DNA from: Balanoglossus misakiensis
Lineage: Eukaryota > Animalia > Hemichordata
Reading direction: 5' to 3'
Assembly: GCA_040954595.2 (NCBI GenBank)
Contig: CM082593.2
Coordinates: 7,290,043-7,354,042 of the forward strand
Length of the DNA: 64,000 nucleotides
A program made the translations under genes and the position numbers. This document shows positions 40,439 to 64,000 of this stretch, piece by piece. The first letter of the stretch is position 1; each line of letters opens with the position of its first letter. The notes beneath the pieces were generated by a model. That model saw only the letters and a program-made list of their open reading frames with translations, ran no database searches and had not been told where the DNA came from.

Positions 40439-41144
40439 CCAGGAGTGCAGAGCCTAATTGACCAATCACAGGTGCTCTTGTCTACCTGTTCCACGTGTGT
40501 GGATAGTAATTGACCAATCAAAATTGTCGAGGTCTAAAGCAGCCAAACAGTGACATTGATCGATTTGCTACCGTGTCTGTGTTTGCTATTCCGAACTGCT
40601 GTACTGGCCCTGTTTCGAGTTCAAATTCAGAATGGCTGTGTGAGGGCGCTAGACTTATGAAAAGGGTGTACTAGTATATACTGCCCTAATCGCTGCAAAC
40701 TGATTCTCACTTCAATCAATCACTCATACTGCAAACCCTACCAATCGACCAATTATCACACATCAAGTACATGATAGACAGTTTAATTGTCAATTCAAAT
40801 TAATGACACGTTCACAGTGTTTTAATACACATATGATAATCCGTGAATTTTCTGAAATTCTCTGTTGACCAATCATCAAACATCAGGTTCATGATAGACA
40901 GCTTATATTAAACTGGTACCGTAAATACACATCTCAATAGACTGAGTTGATTCAACACTTGGCTGGCCATGGCTGATTCTTACTGGCTATCTGATATATA
41001 GTGTCATCTGTCGATAGTGTAGTGTCGTCTGATTGAATCACTTTATTTGTACAAAAGGGAAAAAATCATGTCCTTTTAAAAGCCCACAAGATGCAAATTT
41101 TCAGGTCAACAAAGTTGCAGCTCACTGGTTTATCTTTTTTTTAA

Positions 41145-41228
41145 CCCTTCACCACCATGGTTCAGTCCAAACCCATTGTTTTCTCTGGTAAGGTTGGACC
41201 TCTAAAGTGGGAACCGGGGGTGAAAGGG
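41145..41228. mobile_element. piggyBac-type mini MITE
   Basis: TTAA|CCCTTCACCACCATGG ... GGGGGTGAAAGGG|TTAA. Confidence 0.75.
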
Positions 41229-44200
41229 TTAAACAGACCAGTAACCAGTGGACGACCTTATGTTAGGTCAGGTGTACTGTCTTACCTATATGAACATATT
41301 GAAACTGTCTATCTCTCTGCTAGATCATGAAGAATGCACCAGTTATTTATATTTGTGTGTGGTCTTTTGTAACATATAAATATGCACCTGAAAAGAAAAT
41401 AACTGATAAATCAGAAGATATGGACATTGTTTTCATGAGCGTTATTTTCTGCATTTCACTAGGCATGCAGTGTGGTGCGTTGCTCTTTAAAATGGAGACT
41501 ATTTTATATTTTTTGATGACATTGTCACTGTATTATTCTACAATTACCAGGTTGATAGAAAAATCTTTTGAACACAAGCATGCTGTCATATCTTGCCTAT
41601 AAACTACCTCAACATGGCTTTATCCTAAACCTTGTGTGATGAAACTTGTAAATGTTTTTCAAAACGACAAAAAAGCTCTGGTATTCTATTTTCATTCTCA
41701 AATAACGTCTTTATTTTTGTTAACATGGGGTTATCATGCATGTGTGGTCAAAGCAAATAAATACATCAAAATTAATCTTACAAATGCTTTGTTAACACTT
41801 CAATAATCATGTAAATAATACACGTAGAGATACTTGGTGAAAATAGACAGATACAAATGCTCTGACCTTTAACCTTTGACCCTTAGGTCTAACCTTTAAC
41901 ATGGTCTTTGACCTTTCAAGAACTCAGAAAGATGGCTGGCTCACGGGTGGCGTTGCAGCTTCTTGTCACATCACTTCCCCATCCCTATAATATTAAATAA
42001 AATATTCCCAGAAAGATAACATCAGTTTTTTTACTTCCTTGAATTTGAAACTGACTGGCCTGTGCTGCGAATTGTGACTCGCAAAAAAGCGGTAACACTC
42101 TCTTGAAATTAATTTGTGCAAGTAACGTGAAGACTGGGGAGTGCATCACATTTGGATTCAGAATTGGTGCGGTGCTCACCCCTGTTTTATTGTGGTACGA
42201 CCCATATTTCCATCCACTACAACACGATTATTGTATTGTGCAGGGAATCAGGGGGTGATTGGGTGACTTTGGTAGAGAATACATTTTAAATACAACAGGA
42301 ACAGTGAATCAAATGAATCTGGATAAACTGTGTATACACATTCGAGAATCGAAACAAAAACGCATTCCCCAGAATTCACTTTCATTGTACTGGGATTTTC
42401 AATCATAAAATCCTATGTTTCTTGTGCAACTGAACTAAAACCGCACAGCGATCGCCAGCACGGAAAAAAAAAGAAGTGATATGCAGCCAGTTGATTTTCT
42501 TTAAATCTTGTTTTATGAGCGTAGCTTTGTTTAATTGCACTAACTTATCGCATGCTTCCCGCCAAAAAAAATAAGCGTCTTCGCCAACGTCGGACTCTAA
42601 ATCTGTAACTTACGGTTATAAATATTATTATCAACCCAAAAATAAAGTATAAATGTATGCCAAACTAACGAAAGGCAAATATATTCATCAAAGACTAAAT
42701 ACTTCGTTTTGATACAGTCTCGTCTGCCTAGCCTCATATGGGAGTCTGAGAACTATTTGGCAGGTTTTTGAAGATATAAACAACTAAAGAGTTTATAGTG
42801 ATGGATACTTCATGTAAATGTGATGAGAAATAATAAAGCAATGTTGGACAAGTTATTTGCGAGTAACAATTTCACTTTCAGTAGAAATTTTAGAATTTTG
42901 TGTCTGATCTTGAAGATTGTGCAGGGTCTAACACTGACCGGACTCGGTGAACCAATTGATTGATCGATCGATGAATCAATCAATCAATCAATCAATCACT
43001 GAAGAGAGAATCATGTCTCACAATTCTCTTCAAAATCTATCCTTAATGTTTTTAGCGGTACCAGTACTTGCTTTCATATTTTGGGTTTTTGTCTTTTCAA
43101 GAACTGGAAACTAAACTTGCTGAGTTTCAATCAGAGACTGGAAAACATACAAGTATAAACTGCATCTTCTGAACAAAATACTATCTCTACAGAAAGCTTA
43201 AAATGTTTCCACTGGAATCGCACACAGCTAAACCCTGTACGATTCAAATATTCACCACAACCCAGAAGGCAAATTTTCACAAGATTCTCAAAAATTATAT
43301 AATTCAGAAATCGTTATACACCATCGTGGCACTCTTAATTTTAATTTTGATATTAATTGAAAGTACCACTGTCAATCGTGAAACTTTTTTTTATCCCGAA
43401 ACATTTAGTAATCAATTCTTATTTTTTTCAGCAAATCTTCATTGCTTCAGTATTATGTTGTTTCTATACAAGTCACGGAAACAAAATCACCATGAATTCT
43501 AGTGTTTCACAATTGAAAAAGATTTGCTTCATTGTACTTTTTTTTTTCAAAAATAAATTTCAGCCGGTTTTGTGCTTTACTACTAAGCGACCAAAAAATC
43601 ATGATTTCCTAAATAGAACTTTGTCCGACAATTCCCCAGGTCATTTCTTTTTTCTTTGGATTCATTTTTGACAAAAGATAAAAATACAGCATTTTTGGTA
43701 CAATAGCAGGGAAGTATACAATGCATAAAATTACAAAATGTACAGCAACTTACATTAATGCAGGAATGGATAGAGCTCACACACAGTTAGTAGTTTCAAG
43801 GAAGATTTCTCTCGTATTTTTTTACACAAATGCTGCAAGGGTAACTCAGAGTTTAAATTAGTACCACCAAAAGAAAGAAACTGAAGCTAAAATAAGGAAT
43901 AAGTAATATATACAGCAAAAAAATACATGTCTAACGTGCACAGTGATTCTGTTTGCAAATTTAACGTCAAAATTCTACATTAAGCTGCATGTGGCATGTG
44001 GAAGAGAGATTTTTCTATGTTACATTATGTATCATGGAGAAGTGGACTTGTGTGTCTAACAGCTGTAGTCATTGGACAGTATTCTGTGCTTATTGTTGGT
44101 TGTGTAATCTTAAGCCAATCAGGACAGGCCTTTCTTTAAAGAAATCTGTTCTGACTAGATTAAATTCTGAGAGGTAGATTATTGTCAATAGCTGCATTTA

Positions 44201-44763
44201 ATACAGAAATATTTTGAAATGAATTCCAGCTGACCAAAAAAGGGCATTTGAGATTGAAATCATTACAGTTTACATGCAAATATCACATTATATAGGCAAA
44301 TTTATGCGATATGCAAATACACAGAATACTGTCCAATGCACCGGGTTACATCATAACAAAGCAAATAATATAAAAGGGAAAAAGCATGCTTTACAGAGTG
44401 TTGTATATTATAGTGCTCTTTTATTGCAATGTACACATGGTCTTTGCATGTTTAAAGAATGTTTTTTTGTACAGAAACAAACACTGGAAATGTACAATAT
44501 TAATTCAACCAATGAAAGATTACTTGAATTCTTGTTTAAACTGTACATAACAAATATGGCAGTGACATCTGAAATAATTTTGTATTTTTATAAGAAAGCA
44601 ATATCATACATATTAAAACGTTTTCTGTCTATGCCATCTGGCACATCTTTGTGGTTACTTCCTTCCCCACACAAAGCAGTCAACCACCCCTGTTCTTAGT
44701 GGAATAACTCGCTCTTTCTATCACTACGGACGCGTCTATTTTCAAGTGCAGGAGTGGCAGCAT

Positions 44764-55558
<10,795 letters not shown>

Positions 55559-56420
55559 CTGCGGAAAAACAAAAAAGAATCCATCAATCAATTTAACCGC
55601 TGTAGTGAAACGCACCATTGGGACCTGTGCGATAAGTGAGTGCAATTTGCTCGAACGACATGAAAAATGTGTGAATTATCTCAGTCTCTGTCTAGTGATG
55701 GCGTCAAACGCACACAGCAAAAAGTGAACACTTTGCTCAGTTGTATGTTTTTGCATAGATACCTTTCAGGGAGCTGGCTGAATTTGGAATTACTGTGAAA
55801 ATGAAATGACTTGGCGAGGTGGCGATGACCTTTCACCCCTGTGTCTGTTGTTCCTCGACATGTTTCTGACAGCTGTTGCATGCATATGAAATATCTGCGA
55901 CAATAATTGGTCTATTCCGAGCTTACTGTGAATATTGCACTCACTTACACACTAATACTAGAGAGCTAGTAGTACACAGACAAATGATGTAGGTGCAGTT
56001 TCTGACCTATAAATAGCACTGTTGTCAGGGATGAAAGATATTTGAACAGTTTTTTTCCCAAAACAGATTCCAGAGTATCCACGGCAACTGAGAAGCTGGG
56101 ATATTAATAAAACCCACAATCCAGGGATTAGGAAATTACATTGTAATTCTATTTGCATACATGTACCACACACTCAGTACATGTATCTCAAAATGGCTTC
56201 ACTGATAGATACATGTACCATATGGAGGTACCACCAAAAAAGCATGGTGGTACACAATGTGAATCCATGCAGACCCAGTTAAGGGGTGTGGTAGCTATCA
56301 TATCAACCAAGCATACAGATCTGAAATTACATATACTGGTATGAAGCTCTAACTGTAATTAGTTTACTATGAGCAAGACATCAAATTGGCATGAACCTAA
56401 AATATCCAAGACCAGTATAA

Positions 56421-56445
56421 CCACAGGGAACTTAGTAATTTTGTT

Positions 56446-56481
<36 letters not shown>

Positions 56482-56753
56482 AAGATTGGTAATAAAATTT
56501 AAAAAAAATCAATGTGTCATTTCTTGATATGTTTGTCGATGTTGTAGATAACTGTAAAAAAAACCCAACCATAATCGTGGAAAACACGACCTAGGTCGCC
56601 GAATGTCACTACCATCTTACATACAGACATTCGGCGACCTAGGTCGTGTTTTCCACGATTATGGTTGGGTGTTTTTTTACAGTTATCTACAACATCGACA
56701 AACATATCAAGAAATGACACATTGATTTTTTTTTAAATTTTATTACCAATCTT

Positions 56754-56792
<39 letters not shown>

Positions 56793-56816
56793 ATAAAATT
56801 ACTAAGTTCCCTGTGG
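56421..56816. mobile_element. Foldback/MITE-like near-perfect palindrome (~190-bp arms, 18-nt loop)
   Basis: CCACAGGGAACTTAGTAATT...GAATGTC (to 56607) is the reverse complement of GACATTC (from 56626)...AATTACTAAGTTCCCTGTGG; TATAA flanks both ends. Confidence 0.85.
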
Positions 56817-57735
56817 TATAACCCCGTTATCAATGGTCATTTCCATGGTGAATTAATACAACCACAGAAGTGCAGCCATACCATATGCGACAGATCATGG
56901 TTTTGCCAACAGTCGTTAGTGACATTGCATGTCAAAGAATAGCCTTAATTAGTCCACCGTGTTGATCACAGCCCTATATATTAATTCACACCCTGCCTGG
57001 TTATCCAAACATTACACCTGGGGTCTCCAGAGAAATTAAGCCAGGGTCTTGACCACTCGAGCACACGCAAACGTCTCACCAGAAAGCCAGTGTCTTGACC
57101 AAGATCTGGTTACTCTTTGAGTCGGGCCAGGACCTTGTTTACGCATATACAGAACCAGTTTGAGTGTTTCACATCATATTAGCTATTTCGGCCTGACATC
57201 TCTTCAGTACGTCGGCGAAAATCACTAACCGATCTGTGACGATCGTCAAGACCTTGAGAGAGAGGTATGTAGCACTTCCACACTTACCAGTTAGGGCACA
57301 TCGACACAATACACACCACTTCAATGCCACGCACACAGAACAAATGTCAAAGGCACGCCAGGACTACATTGTTATCGACTCAACTGACGCACACAACAGC
57401 CAGATGTGTGCATTAAATTCTGTCACTGGCCTGACGTACGGAACAGGTCAGTCGCGCCTTTGAATGTCACTGAGCACCACTTCTATTCATCCACAACACA
57501 GGGACAGCATTATTCACTCAAGAGGGCCTCTCCCTCTCAATCTTGTTCATATTTACCCCGTCCGGACTTTAATTGACCCGAAAATCTCGCCTTCAAACAC
57601 ACAGTGTTTACGTTTTGTGTAATCTCCTGGGGAAAGGATCAGCCTAGTTGCCTTGAAATTATTACAGAGGACATCATTTTTGTGTGAATGACCACCATGT
57701 TTAATTTGACCAATATTCTGGATCATCTCGCAAAC

Positions 57736-58372
57736 TATTTTTATACCGACAATGCGACATGTCAACTTGCTATGCCCTTTATTCAGCTCATAAATTTATT
57801 AACCGAGATCTAAATGAGAACTCTGACCTCAAGGGGCAGCAAGTAAGCCTATTTTACACAACCACACTGTAAAAGAGAAAGCCCCTGACACAGATTTCAG
57901 AAACTTCGAGTCAACTTGGAAAACAATTCTTTTTGTGAGACTGTTTTGATTCTTTTGATCCTCAAGATATTTTTGGGGCAACAGTTGTGTGTAATATTGC
58001 ATGTCAACTTAGATGGCTTGCCGAGCGATATATGTATCATGTCTGTAATACAACAGTTCTGCATTTCACAAGACAAAGTCTGGCCTGCCTACATGTACCA
58101 ACCACGAACTACAGTGGGGTTGGACCAAAAGTAACAGTGACTGGACTTTCTCTGATAACTTGTCAGCAAAAAAATCCCCCAAAACAAACCCTAAACTACT
58201 GATGTATATTTTTATACCGACAATGCGACATGTCAACTTGCTATGCCCTTTATTCAGCTCATAAATTTATTAACCGAGATCTAAATGAGAACTCTGACCT
58301 CAAGGGGCAGCAAGTAAGCCTATTTTACACAACCACACTGTAAAAGAGAAAGCCCCTGACACAGATTTCAGA
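57736..58372. repeat. 166-bp direct repeat separated by 305 bp
   Basis: 57736-57901 equals 58207-58372 (TATTTTTATACCGACAATG...CACAGATTTCAGA). Confidence 0.95.
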
Positions 58373-59209
58373 GCCTCGCTGAAAAATTAATACTCACCAC
58401 ACACACAGAAAAGCATCTCGTAATGGGAAACCACTGAGACTTCTCAAGGCTTTCCTTACAGTGATATATGGCCAGCATAAACGTGTAAGCTGATCTTTTA
58501 GAGATTGTTTGGGTGTGCAACACGCAACCACAATCCTCCTGATCGACCCAGAATATCACATGACATAAGAAGTCAACCAGAAAACAATTACTGTCTTTGT
58601 AAACAGTTGCCAATCTTCTGGATAGGATACTGAGTGAATTGTATACAATCAATATCGGATCAATACTTCAGTTTGGTTCGAGTTGACATTTCTTCAGAAC
58701 AATATTCGACATTTACCAGAGCAGAATGTGAGTGCTATATACATCCTAATTACCTGTAATTTTCTCGTTATTTTACTGGTAATTTCTCGTTATTTCAATT
58801 GCATATGCTGTTTATCTTACTAATGAATAATCCAGTGGGGGATCTAATTTTGTCTGTGTCATTCATCATTCTTATTGATAATTTATGCACAATTGTTGGG
58901 AGTATATATTGTGGAAACCTTGTTAGCTGGCTGTGATGCTGATATCACATGACAGGAGTCTGTGCCGAGAAATGTGTTATAATATACTTTCCGCTATTCT
59001 CGGTTCAATTACTACCGATGAAATTAGATTTTTTGTATCCATAACACTTTGCGTTGGGTGGTGTGAAAGTGAGCCAGTGTTTATTGAATCACGATGAAAT
59101 GCTTCCTGGAAAATGATGATTTTTAAAAATTCTTTATAATGCCTTGCTTTTCTATCAAAATAGTCCTCTCCGACAACAGAGGTGCAAATGTGTGGTCACC
59201 CATGATTAA

Positions 59210-59469
59210 ATGGACAAAGTCTCTCTCTCGCTGCCCTTTTTCCGTAAATTATGTTTGATACAAGACACCGTTCATGTTATTCTACATGTGGATATATAGT
59301 GAATCAACGTTCGACCACACACACCTTCTTCCATCCGGTTTGTAGGATATGAGAGTAAAAATCTCGCCAAAATGAATAAATGGTAAACACCAATTATTCA
59401 TTTTCGCGCGCGCGAGAGAGAGAGAGAGAGAGGGAGAGAGAGAGAGAGAGAGAGAGAGACTTTGTCCCT
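59210..59469. mobile_element. TTAA-flanked MITE (Kolobok-like) with internal (GA)n
   Basis: TTAA|ATGGACAAAGTCTCTCTC ... GAGAGACTTTGTCCCT|TTAA. Confidence 0.65.
59414..59459. repeat. (GA)n microsatellite
   Basis: Directly visible. Confidence 0.9.
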
Positions 59470-62400
59470 TTAAGTCAAATATGCATTTTACAATTGATCA
59501 CAACTGGTCAGAACGACCCATTAGGCCGGTTCATTCAAGCGCGAGTTTAAAAGATCATATGTGAGCAATTTGAGTCGCTGTTTACAGCTTCAAATTCAAT
59601 GCCCGGATGCCTCAACTGTGCATATCTGGTAACCTTGTGAAAGCGTGACATATGAAGGCAGAGAAACGAGGTCAAGTTCAAAAGTATGATTGATCCTTTA
59701 GAGACCATATCATATCGTTCAAACATTGAGGTCATTTATAGTGAAGGGGTCATCGCGCTGCGTTTGTTAGTTTATAAACATTACAATTCATCCACAAATC
59801 CCTGAAGTTAGATCATTCTTAGAATGAACGAAGCAGCCAGCTGTAGCGTAGACAGGGCATGACAGCAACTGAAGATCCTAGTAGGTCGTGGCGACTGCAG
59901 TGGGGTTTGTGCTGGTATGGGGGCCATATTCTCGGCAAGGGGGACACCCACGCGGCACGACGACCCCTTCCCTTTAAACAGATACCAATACAGTTCATTC
60001 ACACATGCGCTGCATCACCACATGTGCATCACCATTCCTGCATCAATCATCACGATGTTTATGCATACAATTCAAAATTCTAACATCTGTGTAAACGTCG
60101 GTCGAAAGATGTTGTTTTCAACGCAACAGACATTCTGAGCAGCTGTGCTGAACTTGTGTACACATCGACTATTCCACATGTCCCCCACGCAAGTTAAAAT
60201 AATTATCTGAGTAAATTTTTAGATAAAATGCTACGAGGACAAGCTGTTTGTAATTGTGTTAAGATAACTTGTGCATTTTGGGAAACCAGACATCTACATT
60301 TATGGCTGTGCATTGAAATTTGTGGTATTGTGTGGGCCGAACGAAATTCCTTTCAAGACAGTTTAGGCAAAGCAATCTATTTCAGAACTGCAATATACCA
60401 CAGGTCATGAGGCCATTCTGTAAGTCAGCAGAGTGCCCTCTTGTGTGCGGCTGACGTATAAAATTCTCCCGTGACGCAAGAACATTTTTGACATTACAAG
60501 GTGATATGTGAGGGTTGTTTGGTACCGAAATAGAAAATGTCTTGAATAAATGCATGCTCATGTAATTTCACAGAAATGTAGGCTAATTCTCATCCACTGA
60601 CAAGGTGATATTTAATTTTTCCCCTCGCCCTTACAGCCCGGCTATATAACAGTATAACAGTATTTGTGATAAACTTTCATTGTCAAAGGCAGGTTTTTCA
60701 CCAAGACATAAGAGAAAAAAAATAATCATTTTACTGGTAATTCAAGGGTAAACCAACAAGGTCATTTCAAACTGTGTACGCATTAAGAAACCATTATACA
60801 TGTAATGTACATGTATGACCTGTCAGATGGAATGCTGTCTAAATGCAGCATAAAACTGGTTGCTCAATGTTATTACGTGTCACTGTCAGAAAATGCAAGC
60901 CCTCTACAAGTCACTTCAAATTGTGTTGCAGCACAGAACATCACATACAATTACCGGGCATGACATGACACAACAGCAGACTTCATAAGTTTAGCTACCC
61001 CAACAACAAGCAAACCTGAAAAGTGAAAGTTGTATTGTACTCAGGCGCATAAAAATCACAAGCAATGTTGTTGTACAAAAACTTACCGATAATCATAGAC
61101 ACATTTAGAAGAAACACACATACCTATCTTTGCGCAAGATAACCAGACCAAAGACACCATGCGGCGTTTACACTGGTTTACGACATTGCCTGTATCAACA
61201 TGAGACACACACACACACCTGAATGCCACTACCACAAAAGCAAGAATGTGCAGGTCACGAACTTTACCCTCAGATGACCCGGTTGCCGTGGATACAAATA
61301 CGCACGCCCCATGCGTGATATCGTTCTGTGTCTGGCTCGGACAAGGGCACCTTGTATGAACTCGTTTTACGATTGATCTCATTTGGGGTGCCCCTGACGT
61401 GTGTTACTGCATTAGTTTGCACTCACTCCCCCATTCTGACTGTTGACCGTGCAACCGAATACGCCCCCAGCACACAGAAAATGGGGCTATTATGTCAACA
61501 GAGTCCATTTTTGAAGTAAGAGAACCGCAACACGCCGTTCAGTACTCAAAGAAGCCTTTTGTGAGTGGACTTTAAAAGCCCTCTGAACTGACACCATCTC
61601 ATCATAAAGACCATTGTGTAAGGTGTCGAAGAAGTCAAGAAAGGTAAAAAAAGAAAATGATTATTCCGACACTGATTCAATTGTTCCCCCTGACGTGTGT
61701 ACTAATGAGTTCTGTAAACACCGGGGTTTGACTATCCTTTCCATCATGGCTTCTGAACAGTGTATTTTGGTGTAAATATTTAACGCACTACAAAATGCTG
61801 TCTGGTGGAATCTACAGTGCCACCAGGCCAGTTCTGAGCACTTGCTTTTTGTGTGCTGCTCATAAAAACGGGCCAAGAATTCACTGCCGCCACAACAGGA
61901 ACCACACTAAATAAAAGAACTTTTGTCTTTTAATGGTGTATCCTGTCTATTCAAAGTTATAAACCACAGACTGTGTTATCCTCACTTGCACCCAAAATAA
62001 CCTTTGCACGACATTAATTTTCTCATGTCAGGACTATTCGATTTCAGTTCAATATCTGAATTTTTTTAAATACTTTTTACAAATTTTAAGTTGTGTATTT
62101 CTTTCTGGTGTATCTTGAATTTATCAGGCTTCTGTCTATATCACCATCACTGATCTTTCACACATCGAGCTAATTTTTCACAATAACAGACTGAGTACAC
62201 TTTTGAACATAGCCCATGCATTCTGGAAAAGGGGAGGGGTGAATCCCACTACGTGTACAATGATGATCACAGATCATCAATTTTAATTGCACACATCATA
62301 TGAAGAGCGCCCTCAAACATATATAACCACAAAAACTGACCAACCATATTTTTTAAAACAGCGCCCTCTGTAGCCAGGGTGGGATACAAGCACATCCCAC

Positions 62401-62616
62401 AAAACCTAATTTGGTGTATACATGCAAAATGCCTTAAACTGGTGAAGAAATTTAATTACATTACACCTACTCCTAATGAAACGTGACAGACACAACTGTT
62501 GTCTGGCTTTCTGTTACTATAAATACCCTGTCTGTTTCCCTTTGCATTGAGATTAATCAAATCAGGATACAGGTTCTGTGTTTCTGCTTCTAAAGAGGAT
62601 TTGGGAGCCTGCATAG

Positions 62617-62680
62617 TGTGTGTGTGTGTGTGTGTGTGTGCAATAACTGCATGCGTGCGTGTGCGTGCGTGCGTGCATGC
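62617..62680. repeat. (TG)n and (TGCG)n microsatellite
   Basis: Directly visible. Confidence 0.9.
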
Positions 62681-63593
62681 CTGTGTACGTTCATGTACGC
62701 ATCTGAAATATGTTTTCAATTTCAACATGCATAATGATGGCCGCCGATCACATGACTGAGTGTGTACATAAATACCCCATGCTCACATATGATATACCAC
62801 AGCACTGCAGATGTGAATTCTGCTCCAAGATGTCCACACAGCTAGGGAACTGTAATTGTCCATGAATGCCAGACTTCTACCATCCACAAACAATTGTGAT
62901 CAAAACCGAATAAATTGCAATTTTTTAATGAAAATTTCTGACAATATGACAACGTTGTTTTCAATGGTGGGGATCATCCCAAGTACCGGGGAATGGGAGT
63001 GACAGGGTTGCTCATGCCTTTAACATTTAATACAATGGAGTAAGCTGTGCATGTTACAAAGTTCCACTGCTAGTACACGCATTTGAAACACCAGGCACTA
63101 TACATAATTCTTAGTGGTTTTCACGGAAAGGGAAAACATCACAACATATGAATTACAATCTCCAAAAACCATTTCCTCTTTTTAGTTCCAAACTCGCTTC
63201 CTTCCTTCAGCTTTTATCTCCAGCAACCAAAACATCACGGCTGACTGCAACGTGTAACTTGCCGGGGTTAGAAATCCAATTTCATGTACTTGAGCAAATA
63301 CACCCTTTCATCATGCCCGTGTCGCCATGGAATCGAACCATCCATTCGATCACCAGAGTCCAATCATATTACCTCCAACACAGACATACGTGGAGATTTA
63401 CGAGCCATTTATCCTGCCAGTAAATACAATATTAGTGTACCATCACTGATGATTACACACGCATCTATTAATTTAAGTGACCTTACCAATCGGGTCATGC
63501 TCTAGTTTATAGCTGATGATCAGACAGGATTCACGAAGATTCAGGGACTCTACTGGCGACCCAGTTTAGTGAGAAATTAAATCAGGATCTTAA

Positions 63594-63774
63594 AGGTATA
63601 CAGTCACCTATGAAAATTTAGCTGCAGTTGCCATGGCAAACTGAGATCTATCCAATCACAGATTTCAGTGGGTGGCACAAGTGAAAAAAGAGTGCCACCA
63701 TATGTTCTTTAGAAAACTCAGATACACTATTTGAGCCATATATTGACATATATAAAGTGGGTGACCATGTACCT
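63594..63774. mobile_element. TTAA-flanked MITE (Kolobok-like)
   Basis: TTAA|AGGTATACAGTCACC ... GGTGACCATGTACCT|TTAA. Confidence 0.7.
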
Positions 63775-64000
63775 TTAATTGTAATACTTGTTTGCTCCAA
63801 AATAGAGACGATAACAGACACTGGTAGAATATCAATACACGGATAATATTACTACCATAGACAAACATGTCCCTACCAAAATATACCATTTGGGATTGGA
63901 AAATGCACGTGTGTGTAACTTGTGTCAGTTTGACTATTTTATTAAAGATTTGTTAGATTTTAAATTGCATTTAAGTCAGTGACAGACTCGACTCGAGTCT

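Noticed and set aside
55762-55792. Possible 30-nt PSD exon reading IPNSASSLK-G, reminiscent of the PDZ GSPA segment
   Set aside because: It ends in phase 1 while the next PDZ exon starts in phase 0, and the donor (gtatct) is weak.

Overview
Eukaryotic (animal) genomic DNA, AT-rich with GT-AG introns; an invertebrate deuterostome such as a hemichordate or echinoderm is a guess only. Three spliced genes could be assembled by hand with consistent intron phases. (1) A synaptotagmin-15-like gene (+, TM-C2A-C2B, six exons at 13376-25410; the ATG exon was not found). (2) A complete four-exon UDP-glycosyltransferase (-, 28165-30905, 515 aa). (3) A PSD/EFA6-family Arf6 GEF (-, PDZ-Sec7-PH-coiled coil, 11 exons at 44764-55558; the 5' end is missing). 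Between UGT and PSD lies a ~6 kb satellite of a 37-bp hairpin-containing unit with higher-order structure. Many non-autonomous DNA transposons (MITEs), local duplications and a ~400-bp near-perfect palindrome are also present. The most striking unexplained signal is a pair of frame-preserving candidate microexons (9 nt and 3 nt) with strong splice signals. Both lie in the single intron that interrupts the predicted beta1-beta2 lipid-binding loop of the PSD PH domain. No prokaryotic system or CRISPR array is supported.
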